From Octopus vulgaris (lineage: Eukaryota), in contig OX597819.1 of NCBI GenBank assembly GCA_951406725.2, positions 129,766,001 through 129,830,000 of the forward strand: DNA of 64,000 nucleotides. The letters are read 5' to 3'. The notes below the pieces were generated by a model. The model did no database searches, was not told the DNA's origin, and saw nothing but the letters and a program-made list of their open reading frames with translations. Below, piece after piece: positions 44,063 through 57,425 of this stretch; position 1 is the stretch's first letter; each line of letters starts with the position of its first letter. Both the position numbers and the translations under genes were made by a program.

Positions 44063-44783
44063 TTACGTTCTGAGTTCAAATTCCGCCGAGGTCGACTTTG
44101 CTTTTCATCCTTTCGGGGTCGATAAATTAAGTACCAATTTCGCATCGGGGTCGATGTAATCGACTTAATCCCTTTGTCTGTCCTTGTTTGTCCCCTCTGT
44201 GTTTAGCTCCTTGTGGGTAGTAAAGAAATAGGTATTTCGTCTGCCGTTACGTTCTGAGTTCAAATTCTGCCGAGGTCGACTTTGCTTTTCCTCCTTTCGG
44301 GGTCGATAAATTAAGTACCAGTTTCGCACTGGGGTCGATGCATTCGACTTAATCCCTTTGTCTGTCCTTGTTTGTCCCCTCTGTGTTTAGCTCCTTGTGG
44401 CTAGTAAAGAAATAGGTATTTCGTCTGCCGTTACGTTCTGAGTTCAAATTCTGCCGAGGTCGACTTTGTCTTTCCTCCTTTCGGGGTCGATAAATTAAGT
44501 ACCAGTTTCGCACTGGGGTCGATGCATTCGACTTAATCCCTTAGTCTGTCCTTGTTTGTCCCCTCTGTGTTTAGCTCCTTGTGGCTAGTAAAGAAATAGG
44601 TATTTCGTCTGCCGTTACGTTCTGAGTTCAAATTCTGCCGAGGTCGACTTTGTCTTTCCTCCTTTCGGGGTCGATAAATTAAGTACCAGTTTCGCACTGG
44701 GGTCTATGCAATCGACTTAGTCCCTTTGTCTGTCCTTGTTTCTCCCCTCTGTGTTTAGCCCCTTGTGGGTAGTAAAGAAATAG
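44063..44783 (+). repeat. Four head-to-tail 184-bp units of the family B SINE 3' part
   Basis: TTACGTTCTGAG recurs at 44063, 44247, 44431 and 44615; junction AAAGAAATAG|GTATTTCGTCTGCCG. Confidence 0.92.
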
Positions 44784-44998
44784 ATATATGAGCAAACTTT
44801 CTGTCAAAATATGATTCAAATATTTTCTTTTCACTTTAAACCTAAAATTTTAAGAAATACTTGGGACGGCCACAGCAAAAGAGCTGATCGGTTCCTGAAG
44901 TTCAACTAAAATCGTCACTCTAGAATATTACGCTTGCAAGTAGCTTGATTTGCATGTGAGTATGAAACGAGTCAATAACTTAGATTGAAGAGTATATA

Positions 44999-45229
44999 AT
45001 TCTTTATTGCCCACAAGGGGCTAAACATAGAGGGGACAAACAAGGACAGACACAAGAATTAAGTCGATTACATCGACCCCAGTGTGAAACTAGTACTTTA
45101 TTTATCTACCCCCGAAAGGATGAAAGGCAAAGTCGACCTCGGCGGAATTTGAACTCAGAACGTAACGGCAGACGAAATACGGCTACGCATTTCGCCCGGC
45201 GTGCTAACGTTTCTGCCAGCTCGCCGCCT
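44999..45229 (-). mobile_element. SINE family B, full length
   Basis: Reverse complement of family B. Confidence 0.88.
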
Positions 45230-45884
45230 TATTTCGATTGAAGAATAGTAGATGTATCCAACGGGTGCAAGCTTAGCTCTGTGGTTAGAGATATTTGCTT
45301 TGTAAGCTGCTAAGTTCGCTTTGTATCCATTTAAAAAATCTCTCTAACATCTTTGATATCAAAACGCCTGTAACCGCCCTTAGTCCAATGACACAAACTT
45401 TCTGTTTTAAAGTGATCTCAAAACATTTCATCAAATTTCGTGTTAATTATGTTCCAGGCATTAGCTTATTTCACTAAATTCTTCATTATTTTCGGAAGTA
45501 GTTGAAACAAAGGCAGCCTCTTTCAACAGTAATATCTTAACAAAAGGGTTTTTAAGTGTTAATTTACAAATCAACTAAATCAGTAAATTTATCAGACTCT
45601 GAAGTTTGGTTAAAATCATCTCACCTGAGCAGTGATTTTCAAGCGATGCGTCGCAAGGGATGTAGGTGTGCCGAAGACTTTCAAAAATATAATTTAAACT
45701 TATACTAATATTTAAGTCTCTATAATTCTGTAATACACAAGTATGATTAATAAAAGAAGGCTAAACAATTGTTTAATAATTTCCTTCTAAATTTTTAACT
45801 TGAAAATGATTTAAAAGATTTTTCAATGCGAAGTGTGACAGAACTTTTTGTATGACCTCGAGTACATCTCGAAGCCAGAAATAT

Positions 45885-46312
45885 TGGTTTCAAATTTCGG
45901 CACAAAGCCAGCAATTTACGGGGAAGAGTTGAGTCAATTACATCGTCCCCGGTGTTCAATTGGTACTCATTCTATCGACTTCAAAGGATGGAAGACAAGG
46001 TCGATCCCGGCGTAATTTGAACTTAGAACGTAAAGACAAAAGAAATGTCGTTAAGCTTTTTGTCCAGTGCGCTAACGACTTCGCTACTTGCTGCCTTAAA
46101 AATTCAGAAATATTCTTTCTACTATAGGCACAAGGCCTGAAATTTTTGGGTAAGAGGGTAGCCGATTACATCGACCCCAGTGTTCAATTGGTACTTATTT
46201 TATTAATCCTGAAGGGGTGAAAGGCAAAGTGGACCTCAGCGGAATTTAAACTTAGCGTAAAAACCATTGAAATGCAGCTAAGCATCTTGAGCGGTGTGTT
46301 AAAGATTCTGTC
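45885..46312 (-). mobile_element. Two older family B SINEs with alternative tails
   Basis: Family B cores with the ...GTGCCGAAATTTGAAACCA and ...GTGCCTATAGTAGAAAGAA tails. Confidence 0.7.
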
Positions 46313-47092
46313 AATCTTAATCTTAATCTTTGTTGTATCGATTGGCTGGAGGCATTTCGCAGTACCGCAAGCTCTGAAGACCTGTGATACGTTACTTGCA
46401 GGTAATCTAAAAATCGTAAAAAATAAATACAGAGAAAAACAATGAGAGTACACAATGCATATTTCACTTGTTTTAGTTCCGAGAAGAAATGGAAAGAGTC
46501 CAACGTTTTGTACTGCAGTCGTTTGGTGGGAAAAGCGGAAAGATATAACTTTTGTGGAGAAGAAGGAAAATGTACGCAGTGTTTCACATTGTGGAAAGGT
46601 GAAAGTAATGGAAGATTAAACAGGCGGATTACATCTTATGGTACAGCCATGCTACTGCAGATCACTATATTAAGCGTAACGGGTCACTAAGGTAAACATA
46701 TAAACCAGAAATAAGCTGAATCCAAGCTATTCCTTTAGTTGATATCGACAAGATATTTGCATCACCAACTCATCTCAAATTTGGAAGAACTACTAAAACA
46801 TTTATCGAAGTCAATTCAAAGGGATTTCAGGGCTTTTCTGAAGAAAGAAAAAAAAGAAGTTAATAAAATGCTAAGTGTGACAAACTTAAAGGATGGCGTT
46901 ATGAGCGTGACATAGCGTGTGACGCGGTTCTGCACTGAATAACTGATACAAACCTGCTGGAAGGTTTCCAAACAGATTTTACTTAGATTATTTTACACAA
47001 AATGCTTGGGTTGACAGGAGGCAATGGCAAAAGCCACTTGCCTCAAATTCCATATACTGAATATCGAGATTTCAGGGTCCATGTCAAACACA

Positions 47093-47161
<69 letters not shown>

Positions 47162-48211
47162 GTTTCCATTACAGAAATTTTTATCATTTAAGTATATATC
47201 AAAAGTCTATAAATATAGGAAAATCGAACCATGCACTCTTGCTTTCATAACAAAGCGTTTTGCTGGATCTTTCATTGCATTTTACTCTTAATTTTCCCCC
47301 TCTCTCTCACTCTCTTTCTCCCTCTAATTGTCTGTAACCATAGCTACCTATATCTATGTACAAACACACACATATTTGTATGTGTGTATATATATATATA
47401 TAAATATGTGTTTTCATGTATATATATATGAGTACGTGTGTGTGTATATGCATAGTCATACATAGGTGGGGCATAAGGATCACTATGGTTACAACGGTGT
47501 TATTTATATTCTTACATATACAACAATCCATACACGCATACATAGATCTCTATCTATCTATCTATCTATCTATCTATAATCTATCTGCATACACAGACAC
47601 AGACACACACACACAAACATGTATAGCTGTAGTCATATATAATTTATACATATATATATATATATATATATACTTTTGTTACTTATAATCATATAACAAT
47701 ACGTATGCACACATACACACGCGCGCGCACATATACACCCACCAACACACGTTAATGTACACGGGGCTTACGAACATATGTCCATCCACACACGTCGTTG
47801 GATGTGTGTGCGTGTGTGTATGCGTGTGTGTGCGTGTATATGTGTGTGTGTGTGTGTGTGTGTATATTTATGTGTGTGTATGTGCGAATGTTTGTAGTGG
47901 TATTGTGTATATCTAAAAGTGTGTGTTTGCACGCACACAGATCACAATGCAACCATAATGTTACCCAAGGGAAACAGGATATAGTTGAAACCTATTTGAT
48001 GCCGCCATGTTTACAGTTAAGGGTCTTTTTTTTTTTACAACAGCAACGGCTTCTATATTGATAACTAAAACAAACATTTCCGTGAAGTTATTTTGAAAAT
48101 AACCATGTTTATCGTATTATTTATATTAAAGCGGCACTAGCCTGCTTTAGAATGGAATCTTCGAAATCACTAGGGAGAGCTATAAAATCCCTTTCGTCCT
48201 ATATGGGAACA

Positions 48212-48985
48212 CACATACATACATACATACATACATACATACATACATACATACATACATACATACATACGTACGTACATACATACATACATACATACAT
48301 ACATGCATACATACATACATGTATGCATACATATATACATACATACATACATACATACATGCATACATGTATACATACATACATGCATACATACATTCAT
48401 ACATACATACATACATACATACATACGTACGTACATACATACATACATACATACATACATACATACATACATACATGTATGCATACATATATACATACAT
48501 ACATACATACATGCATACATGTATACATACATACATGCATACATACATTCATACATACATACATACATACAAAAATACATACATACATACATACATACAT
48601 ACGTACATTCGTACATACATACATACATACATACATCCATACATATATACATACATACATGTATACATACATACATGCACACACATACACACATACATAC
48701 ATACACACACATACACACGTACATACATACATATATACGTACATACATACACACACATACATACAAGCATACATGCATACATCCATCCATCCATCCATCC
48801 ATCCATACATGCTTACATACACACATACATACATACATGCATACATGCATACATACATACATTCATTCATGCATACATACATACATACATACATACATAC
48901 ATACATACATACATACATGCATGCATACATACATACATGCGTATGTATGTATACACGCGTGCACACACACGCACACACATACACA
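48212..48985. repeat. (TACA)n compound satellite with ~152-bp internal duplication
   Basis: The variant pattern repeats at 152-bp spacing (ORF starts 48396 and 48548). Confidence 0.85.
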
Positions 48986-49797
48986 AATAAATTCGCATAA
49001 ATATATATATACATAAATACATATAAATATTTTAATTTATGCATGTGACTACATTATACTTGCGTATGTATACCTTTATAATATATAAACAGATATGCAT
49101 GTATGCTGGTTGGTGTGAATGTAAGGATGTAGGTATGTTTATGTAAGTACATATGAATGTACTGGTCTATTTCTGATTTTATAAATTCTTCCTGTTAGGA
49201 AGGAGTTGGTTTCTAACGAAAGATACAACGCTCCATTGTTGGAAACGCAGCAAAACTAATGAAACTTGTCGAACTTGAGAGAAGTTTTGCATATTTTTAT
49301 TGTTCCGCTTACAGATTGTATTTCTAATATGCATATTAGCTGGTTAATTTTCCCCTGAAAACCCTAGTTCTCCCAGATTGCCAATGTCAAGCATTTACTT
49401 ATAAAATCAAGCGCATAATATGTGACGATCTCAAGAATTCTCCAAAGTTAACATGCCATCCAGGAATATAACAGGCTTATCAGGAGATAAGAGGACAATG
49501 TCGGTAACGTATTTTCTGGCTTATTATCTCCCTTTCTCGAAGGCGGCGAACCGCTGAGTATTTCGTCCGACGTGCTTAAGACAAAAGAGCTATTACAATG
49601 ACCGTTTTCTTAATAACAGTCATTTACATAGAAATTTCCTTTTGTTTAACGGTCATTTTCATAGCATATTTTAATTGCTTCGATAACTGAGTTTTATTAT
49701 GGCAACTGAATAATTGTCGCATGTTATAATTACAAGTAAATTCCTCTATTTACATAATATCGAGACCTCTTTCATTCTTTTGCTGTCTTAATATTAC

Positions 49798-49883
<86 letters not shown>

Positions 49884-49891
<8 letters not shown>

Positions 49892-50087
49892 AATTAGGGT
49901 GTCTACGGGATACCACCATGCTGAAAATAGCAGCCATGATCTAAATCTAAAACCACCTTAATTGTCCATATATCAACACGGAGGGAAAACAAAGAGACAA
50001 AATGAAACTAGTAAAAAATGACTGGATAATTCTAGATCCCGGATTTCTGACTTTGCATTTAGAAATGCTTTGCCTCGTCAGTAGAAT
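49884..50087 (-). mobile_element. Penelope-like terminal-repeat insertion ending at (TA)n
   Basis: Hammerhead at its 5' end; 3' motif CTATTTTCAGCATGGTGGTATCCC resembles CTATTTCTAGCATAATGGTATCCC at 34864. Confidence 0.65.
50029..50087 (-). ncRNA. Type I hammerhead ribozyme, canonical CUGACGA core
   Basis: Minus strand: ATTCTA-CTGACGA-GGC.AAA.GCATTT(CT)AAATGC.AAA.GTC-A-GAAA-TCC(G)GGA-TC-TAGAAT; one extra A before GAAA. Confidence 0.7.
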
Positions 50088-50231
50088 ACACACAGAAGAG
50101 AAACATAAATGCAACATACGAATACTTACGTAGACGAACGTGTACCTACATATATATGCACGTATGCATCATGACCATTTCAAAATGCTCGTCGTTTAAT
50201 TCCATGTGAGATATGGTCAAAATATCCTTAT

Positions 50232-50285
<54 letters not shown>

Positions 50286-50286
<1 letters not shown>

Positions 50287-50338
50287 AAAGGACTACTCAT
50301 TACTTTTGGGAGGGTACACATTTATAATACTTTTACAA

Positions 50339-50381
<43 letters not shown>

Positions 50382-50474
50382 CGATCCGATGAAGACTTCG
50401 AAGTCGCTGTCGATACTCTGCTTGTAAAAGTATTATAAATGTGAACCCTCCAAAAAGTAATGAGTGGTCCTTTA
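50286..50474. mobile_element. Inverted-arm insertion with broken hammerhead-like centre
   Basis: 56-bp inverted arms 50286-50341 / 50419-50474; centre is (TA)n plus CCGATGA-A-GACT(TCGA)AGTC-G..CTGTC lacking GAAA. Confidence 0.55.
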
Positions 50475-50501
50475 TTTTACTCTAAAATTGCTTTTCTTAT
50501 A

Positions 50502-50705
50502 AAGGTGGCGAGTTGCCAGAATCGTTAGCACGCCGGACAAAATGCTTAGCGGCATTTCGTTCGTCTTTATGCTCTGAGTTCAAATTCCGCTGAGGCTGCA
50601 TTTGCCTTTCATCCTTTCGGGGTCAATAAAATAAGTACGAATCAATGTAATTAACTAGCCCCTTCCCCTCAAATTTCTGGCCTTGTGCCTATAGCAGAAA
50701 AGATT
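50502..50705 (+). mobile_element. SINE family B, third tail type
   Basis: Family B head and core, then CCCTCAAATTTCTGGCCTTGTGCCTATAGCAGAAAAG. Confidence 0.8.
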
Positions 50706-50734
50706 AGATTATAATTGGACATGAAAACAAATAT

Positions 50735-50834
<100 letters not shown>

Positions 50835-51224
50835 CTATCTGTGTGTGTGTGTGTGTGTGTGTTTTAAAATGCCACAGTTTGGAAACGAAAAGAGGAAGTG
50901 AGTACTGAAAACAGTTTAGATTATAAGAATTTAAAAGGAATTCCTTTTTCTTGCCGCACAAGTTTCATGTCACTGATACTAAGGCGAGAACTGTTTTCTC
51001 TCTATATTTGAGATGGATTTTATATACATTAAAGCGGTTTCATTCATCTTAGTCTATGGCTATCGTTTTCTCAGACTTGTTTCTAATGTTTTTATTAGGG
51101 CGTTGTGTGTGTACGATAGTCTTCATTTCATTTTCTAAACCCTTAGCTGTTCTATTTTTTAAAATCTTATCTGACTTTAATTCCTTAATTTTATTTCATT
51201 TAACAGTAGTGAAGTGAAAGCACG

Positions 51225-51545
51225 CTTCACTACCGAGCGCAGCTCTGTGTGCCTTGGGTATGTGCTGTGATTTCTTGTGATGGTCTGGTGGTTATTGTAT
51301 GGAAAGTGTTCTGCGTAGGATGTGTACAGTGCCTAGTAGTGCAATTTTCTGTATGTTATATGTGTTTGTAAGTCCTGGTGTTTTTGTTATGTATTTGTCT
51401 GAATATTTTTTTATCATGCCTAATGCACCTACTATGATAGGAATTGTTTCTGTTTTCAGGTTCCACATTCTAGTTATTTCTATTTCCAGGTCTTTGTATT
51501 TTGAGAGTTTCTCCATTTCTTTTAGAGATACGTTGTCATCTGCCG

Positions 51546-51547
<2 letters not shown>
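51225..51547 (-). pseudogene. R4/Dong-like LINE 3' end (REL endonuclease), 5'-truncated at (TAA)n
   Basis: IPADDNVSLKEMEKLSKYKDLEIEITRMWNLKTETIPIIVGALG...IQKIALLGTVHILRRTL*; abuts (ATT)n at 51548-51612, a known Dong target type. Confidence 0.85.
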
Positions 51548-51612
<65 letters not shown>

Positions 51613-51621
51613 CATTATCAT

Positions 51622-52006
51622 TGAGTGAGAGAGCAGCGCATGCCATCAGAATGACATTGGAGTAAAAATACATGAAGCTCAATGTAGCCATCATGACTAC
51701 CCGTCTGATTAAGGGTACATCAGGTACATGCATCACAACCACATGTGTATGACATGGTGGTCTCATATCAAGATAAATAGCGCATGGCCTTGTAGGTATG
51801 GCCTAGTCAGTATTTTCTTCAAGTCGAGTAGCCCATCTCGTTTAAAAGGTCCCTGAATAAGGGTTGTTTAAGGATGGTGAATGAAGCACCCATGTTTCCC
51901 AAGGGTGAATTATTGAAACCCCAAAGAATCCTTCCCAGCACATAACTATGATGCTCCCCCACTACTTCTGCTCGTGATCAGAGATGCACATATCATCAGC
52001 CACTAA
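51622..52006 (-). mobile_element. Unclassified ~390-bp retroposon-like sequence ending in an (AAT)n tail
   Basis: Non-coding, higher-GC block whose minus-strand 3' end CTCTCTCACTCAAT runs into (AAT)n; single copy in this window. Confidence 0.4.
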
Positions 52007-52264
52007 CATACACAGGTGCACCCCCGCCACACTCACTCGTTCGCCCACACAGTTCATATTATCCAATCCAGTGACCTGTCACTCTGGAGTTTCCACAGCA
52101 TGCCATCGCTTCTGCAAACTGTGCCTAGTCTATTTGACTGGAAAAATGTGAAAACTTCTGAGAAACAGGTTATTAGACCAGCTGAAATAAACTACAGCAC
52201 TCTGCGCCGAGTCGTCACTCAGCAACACCTATATATGTATGTATAAACTTACATACATGCATAC

Positions 52265-52322
52265 AAAATACAAAGACCTGGAAATAGAGGTAACCAGAAT
52301 ATGGAGTCTAAAAACAGAAACA
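52265..52322 (+). pseudogene. Short R4/Dong-like fragment
   Basis: KYKDLEIEVTRIWSLKTET, close to the 51225-51547 copy. Confidence 0.7.
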
Positions 52323-52595
52323 TAGAAGGATATTGAGTTTAACTTCATAACCAGCTGATCTAGCAAGCGGGGCCTAATAACAGTGAGGGGGGCCGGTGCG
52401 CATTGATGCCGTCGAGAAGGAGGCCCCGAAACGGCACGCATTCTTTCCTGATGACCCCATACACTTGCTGGTAGCACTTGCATGTGCAAGTTGTTTGCAA
52501 GACATCATACATACATGCATACATACATACATACATACATACATACATACATACATACATACATACATACATACATGCATACATACACACATACA

Positions 52596-53370
52596 TAAAC
52601 ACCGAAGATATCCCCCGCATCATAAGCAGTTGTCCGAAAATGTCATCGCGGTGTTATCTGCCGGTGAGACATGATATTGTAGGTAGGGCACTCTATAATG
52701 AAATCCGTCGGAAGGATAACCTCGAGGACAAAGAAATAAGAACCTACAGTATGGGAGAAGCCATAGTCGCTCATAACAGAAAACGAGTACTGGTGGAATG
52801 TCCCAGTGAAGACCTCAATAAATTGCAAGCAAAACAGACCTCATATAATGATTTGGGATAGAGAAGACAAACTGTGCACAGTTGTGGAAATTAACTGCCC
52901 AGTGGATGCTGACATAAAGCTGAAGATCAGTGGAAAGAGAACACCTATGTTGAACTATTGAGAAATTTGCGATTACTCTATCCAAATTACAAGTTCAAGT
53001 TTATACCTGTAATTATTGAGGCCCTGGGATATGTAACACACTGCTTAGATACCAATCTTGAGAAATTAGGATTCTCAAAACCAGAAAGGAGAAAGCTAAT
53101 TCGAAGACTAATCCATCACTGGAACTGTAAAAATCTGTAAAACTTTCCAGAAGTTTGTCATTTGAATATATATGAGCATGTCTAGATATGCAACTATATG
53201 CATGAGAATGCATATATAAAGCAAAACATACAAATATGCACATATACATACATGCATACATACACACAAGCAAAAATATCTCGTTGTTGATATTGAAATG
53301 AAGGAGCCTTGAATCTAGGTTAGAAACCGGCTCTTTCTCTATTGGTGAGAAATCTTGAAATAAAACTGTA
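52596..53370 (+). pseudogene. R4/Dong-like LINE 3' end, second family
   Basis: TEDIPRIISSCPKMSSRCYLPVRHD...EYWWNVPV...NRPHIMIWDR...IPVIIEALG; frameshifted; related to 41690-42400. Confidence 0.8.
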
Positions 53371-54033
53371 CAATGACATACATACATACGTACACGTACA
53401 CACACACACACATACACACACACACAAACACACACTCACACACGCACACACACACATTTTTACTCTTTTACTCGTTTCAGTCATTAGACTGCAGCTATGC
53501 TGGGGCACCGCCTTGAAAAGATTTAGTCGAAGGTATCGGCCCCAGTATCAGTTAAGTTACGGGTGCGTAAACACACCAGTGCCGATTGTCAAACGCGGGG
53601 GGGGGGGGGGACAAACACAAGGTGCTGGTGAAGCGGTGTGGTAAGAAGCTTGCTTCCTAATCACATGGTTGTGGTTTCAGTCCCACTGCGTGGCACCTTG
53701 GGTGTTTTCTAGTATAGCCTTGAGCCAACGAAAGCCTTATGAGTTGATTTGGTTGATGGAAACTAAAAGAAGCCTGTTGTATGTATATGTGTATGTGTGT
53801 TTGTGTGTGTATGTTCTCCATCACCGCTTGACAACCGGTGTTAGCGTGATTACATCTCCATAACTGAGCAGTTCAACAAAAAGACCGATAAAAATAAATA
53901 AAAGCGCTGATGTCGATTCATTCGACTAAAATTCTACAGGCAGTGCTCCATCATGGCCGCAGTCTGGCTAAAACAAAAAAAAAAAGAAGAAACATGCGCA
54001 TATACAGTTATCAATAAAGGTAAATCTTCGAAA

Positions 54034-54100
54034 TAGTAGTAGTAGTAGTAGTAGTAGTAGTAGCAGAGTTGTAGTAGTAGTAGTAGTAGAAGTAGAAGTG

Positions 54101-54134
<34 letters not shown>

Positions 54135-54214
54135 AAGTACTACTAGTAGTAGTAGTAGTAGTAGTAGAAGTAGAAGTAGAAGTAGTAGTAGTAGTAGAAG
54201 TAGTAGTAGTAGTA

Positions 54215-54272
<58 letters not shown>

Positions 54273-54300
54273 GGTGGTGGTGGTGGTGGTGGGGTGGTGG
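54034..54300. repeat. (TAG)n/(TGG)n microsatellite
   Basis: Directly visible. Confidence 0.95.
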
Positions 54301-54621
54301 TGCTGGTAGTGCTGGTAGTCATAGCAATTGTGGTAGCCGTAGGAAATGGAAAAAAACGGAAAGGGCGAGCGAGAAGGCTTCTGTTTGTTCAGTAGGTATT
54401 GAATGTCTATAAAATCCCCCACACCCCTCGCAGCCACTCTTCTCGCATACCCACAGGACATCTCGCGACCGCCGCCATTTTTCCTCATTTCACCTCTGCC
54501 TGATCAAACGCCTCGTTGACAAACTTTATCACCAAGACCCTCTCCTTAACATTGCTTCAGGGCCCAGTTCTCTGTTTCACTTTTTCTCGTATTTGCCTTC
54601 CTATTCTTTCTTTCTTTTTTC

Positions 54622-54685
<64 letters not shown>

Positions 54686-55411
54686 TTCCTCTCTCTCTGT
54701 CTCTCATCCTCCTTTTCGTATTACTTTCCTGGAAAAACTTAAAATATCTTCTCGATCGCTTTACTTTTGATATCTGAAGTCCACCATTCCTAACTGTCAA
54801 CTCCCCCATTCTCTTTCCCCTCCCCGCATCTCTCTCTCTCTCTCTCTGACACACGCATACACATATATACATACACATACACACATGCACACGTATAGAC
54901 TTCTTGCTCCACTTCATATACTTACGTTTACATCTTTACCCCACTTACAATCTCCTGGTTCTACAGTGCTTTATACGTAATATATACATCTATGTATGTA
55001 CATATACATACATACATACATACATACATACATACATACATACATACATACATACATACATACATACATACATACATACATACGTACATACATACATACG
55101 TACAAACATATATATAAACACACACACATACACACACACACAAATACATCATGTACATGAAAAGCCCCCGAGCTATCCGACTTCTTCATTTTTATAGATA
55201 ATAGACGAAGACAAGATAGGCTGTTGACCCTCACCTAACCTCCTTCACCTCTGCCCTTGATCTCCGATCTCTTTCACCTTATTGCGGTGGTCCGCCATTT
55301 TAATGTCGATCTCTCTTCGTTCACAAAATCTCTTTAAACATACTCAGAACCTTGTGCTGAGTAGATATAACGTAGAGAGGGTTTTCTTTCATTTAGTGGG
55401 GAAGATGGTGT

Positions 55412-55460
<49 letters not shown>

Positions 55461-56399
55461 TGTGTGTGTGTATGTGTGTGTGTGTTTTTTTAATCTTTTT
55501 AAATATATATTATATTGTTTTCTTTTCCAGTGTCTGGACAGAAACAATATTAACGATGACGACGATGGTAATAATGACGATTACCTGCGATAACGATAGC
55601 AATAATGGCGATGGTGATGATGATTATAACGATGAGGAAGAATACGATGATGATGAGTATGAAAGGAGCAATGAAGACATGGAGAGGAGCATCAATAGTA
55701 ACAGCCGCAACAACAACATTAAAATATCATCAACAACTCGTTTTTCACATGCTTTTCTCCCTCTCCTCTATGCTTCTCCTCCTCCTCGTTGTCATCGTCC
55801 TCCTCCTCCTCCTTATCTTCATCATCACCACCACGACCATCATCAAATATCTTGACATCGTTGACATGAAAGACACCAAGAAAAAGAACAGAACAACAAG
55901 AATCACAATTAGTCGTCAAGTCTAAACAATTACAAAATAAAAATGAATTAAAATAAATAAGATAAAATAAACGTCAAACAAAAATAATATATAAATGAAA
56001 TATAACAATAATATCGACCTTATTAATGCCGCCACCAGCAACACCATCACTAACAGCAACCAGAAGACCAATACTAAATAGGAAAAACAACGCCAACAAC
56101 AGAAACGAGAGCAAGGCTTAAGCTTAACAACAACGGCAACAAGGATATTGTAGACCCAGACCAAACCATATGTAATGACATAAGAAAAAAAAAGAAACCC
56201 AAAGGATCGGTTATAACCTCCCGCCACACCCTCGGGATATTCCAAGGCGCCTTAGATCTCCCACCCCACCCTGAACAAAATCAAAGAGACAAATCTTCCA
56301 CTTTAACAATAATTATGGTTGAAGAAAAAAACAAACGAATGAAAATTAAAAAGTGATTGAGAAAAGAGAACACTAACTCAAGTAAAAAATAACAAAGTA

Positions 56400-57054
56400 G
56401 GCGCAGGAGTGGCTGTGTGGTAAGTAGCTTGCTTACCAACCACACAGTTCCGGGTTCAGTCCCACTGCGTGGCATCTTGGGCAAGTGTTTTCTACTATAG
56501 CCTCGGGCCGACCAAAACCTTGTGAGTGGATTTGGTAGACGGAAACTGAAAGAAGCCCGTCGTATATATATATATGTATGTATATATATGTGTGTATGTG
56601 TTTGTGTGTCTGTGTTTGTCTCCCCAACATCGCTTGACATCCGATGCTGGTGTGTTTACGTCCCCGTTAATTAGCGGTTCGGCAAAAGAGACCGATAGGA
56701 TAAGTACTAGGCTTACAAAGAATAAGTCCTGGGGTTGATTTGCTCGACTAAAAAGGCGGTGCCCCAGCATGGCCGCAGTCAAATAACTGAATCAAAAAGA
56801 AGAGAAAAAGAGAAAGTAATAACTCTTACTCAAAGAATGAATAAATAAATATCAACCAAGGTGAGTGACGTAAGAAGGTTGCTTTCTCAACCTCGTAGTT
56901 CCGGGTTCGGACCCACTGCGTGACGCCGCCTTGAGCAAGTGTCTTCTACTACAGGCCCAGGTCGACCAAAGGCTTGTGAGCAGATTTGTTTGACGGCAAT
57001 TGAAGAAAGCTCGTTGTATATGTATGCATGCATGTATGTATGTATGCATGCATG

Positions 57055-57114
<60 letters not shown>

Positions 57115-57116
57115 TG

Positions 57117-57148
<32 letters not shown>

Positions 57149-57172
57149 TGTATATGTATGTATGTATGTATG

Positions 57173-57204
<32 letters not shown>

Positions 57205-57425
57205 TGTATATGTATGTATGTATGTATGTGTATAAATATAAGTGTGTGTGTGTGTGTGTTTATGTACGTATGTGCGTTTCTTTGTGTTTGTGCTGGTTTC
57301 TACACAGCTTGACAACCGGTGCTGGTTTGGTTACGTCACCGCAAATTAGCGGTTCCGCAAAACAGCCTAATAGCATAAGTATCAGACTTCAGAAAAAATA
57401 AAACTGGGATCGATTTACTTGACTA
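56400..57425 (+). mobile_element. Two consecutive family A SINEs (56400-56812 young; ~56860-57425 old)
   Basis: Family A blocks; the second has an expanded (TATG)n. Confidence 0.8.

Noticed and set aside
44063-44783. CRISPR-like or retrozyme-like array
   Set aside because: No unique spacers, no hammerhead core on either strand; units are SINE-derived.
49676-49721. Possible decayed hammerhead
   Set aside because: Both core boxes need multiple substitutions.
52405-52460. TGCCGTC...GAAACGGCA...CTGATGA, hammerhead parts in permuted order
   Set aside because: Stem II cannot form (CCCC opposite CCCC) and the order fits no hammerhead topology.
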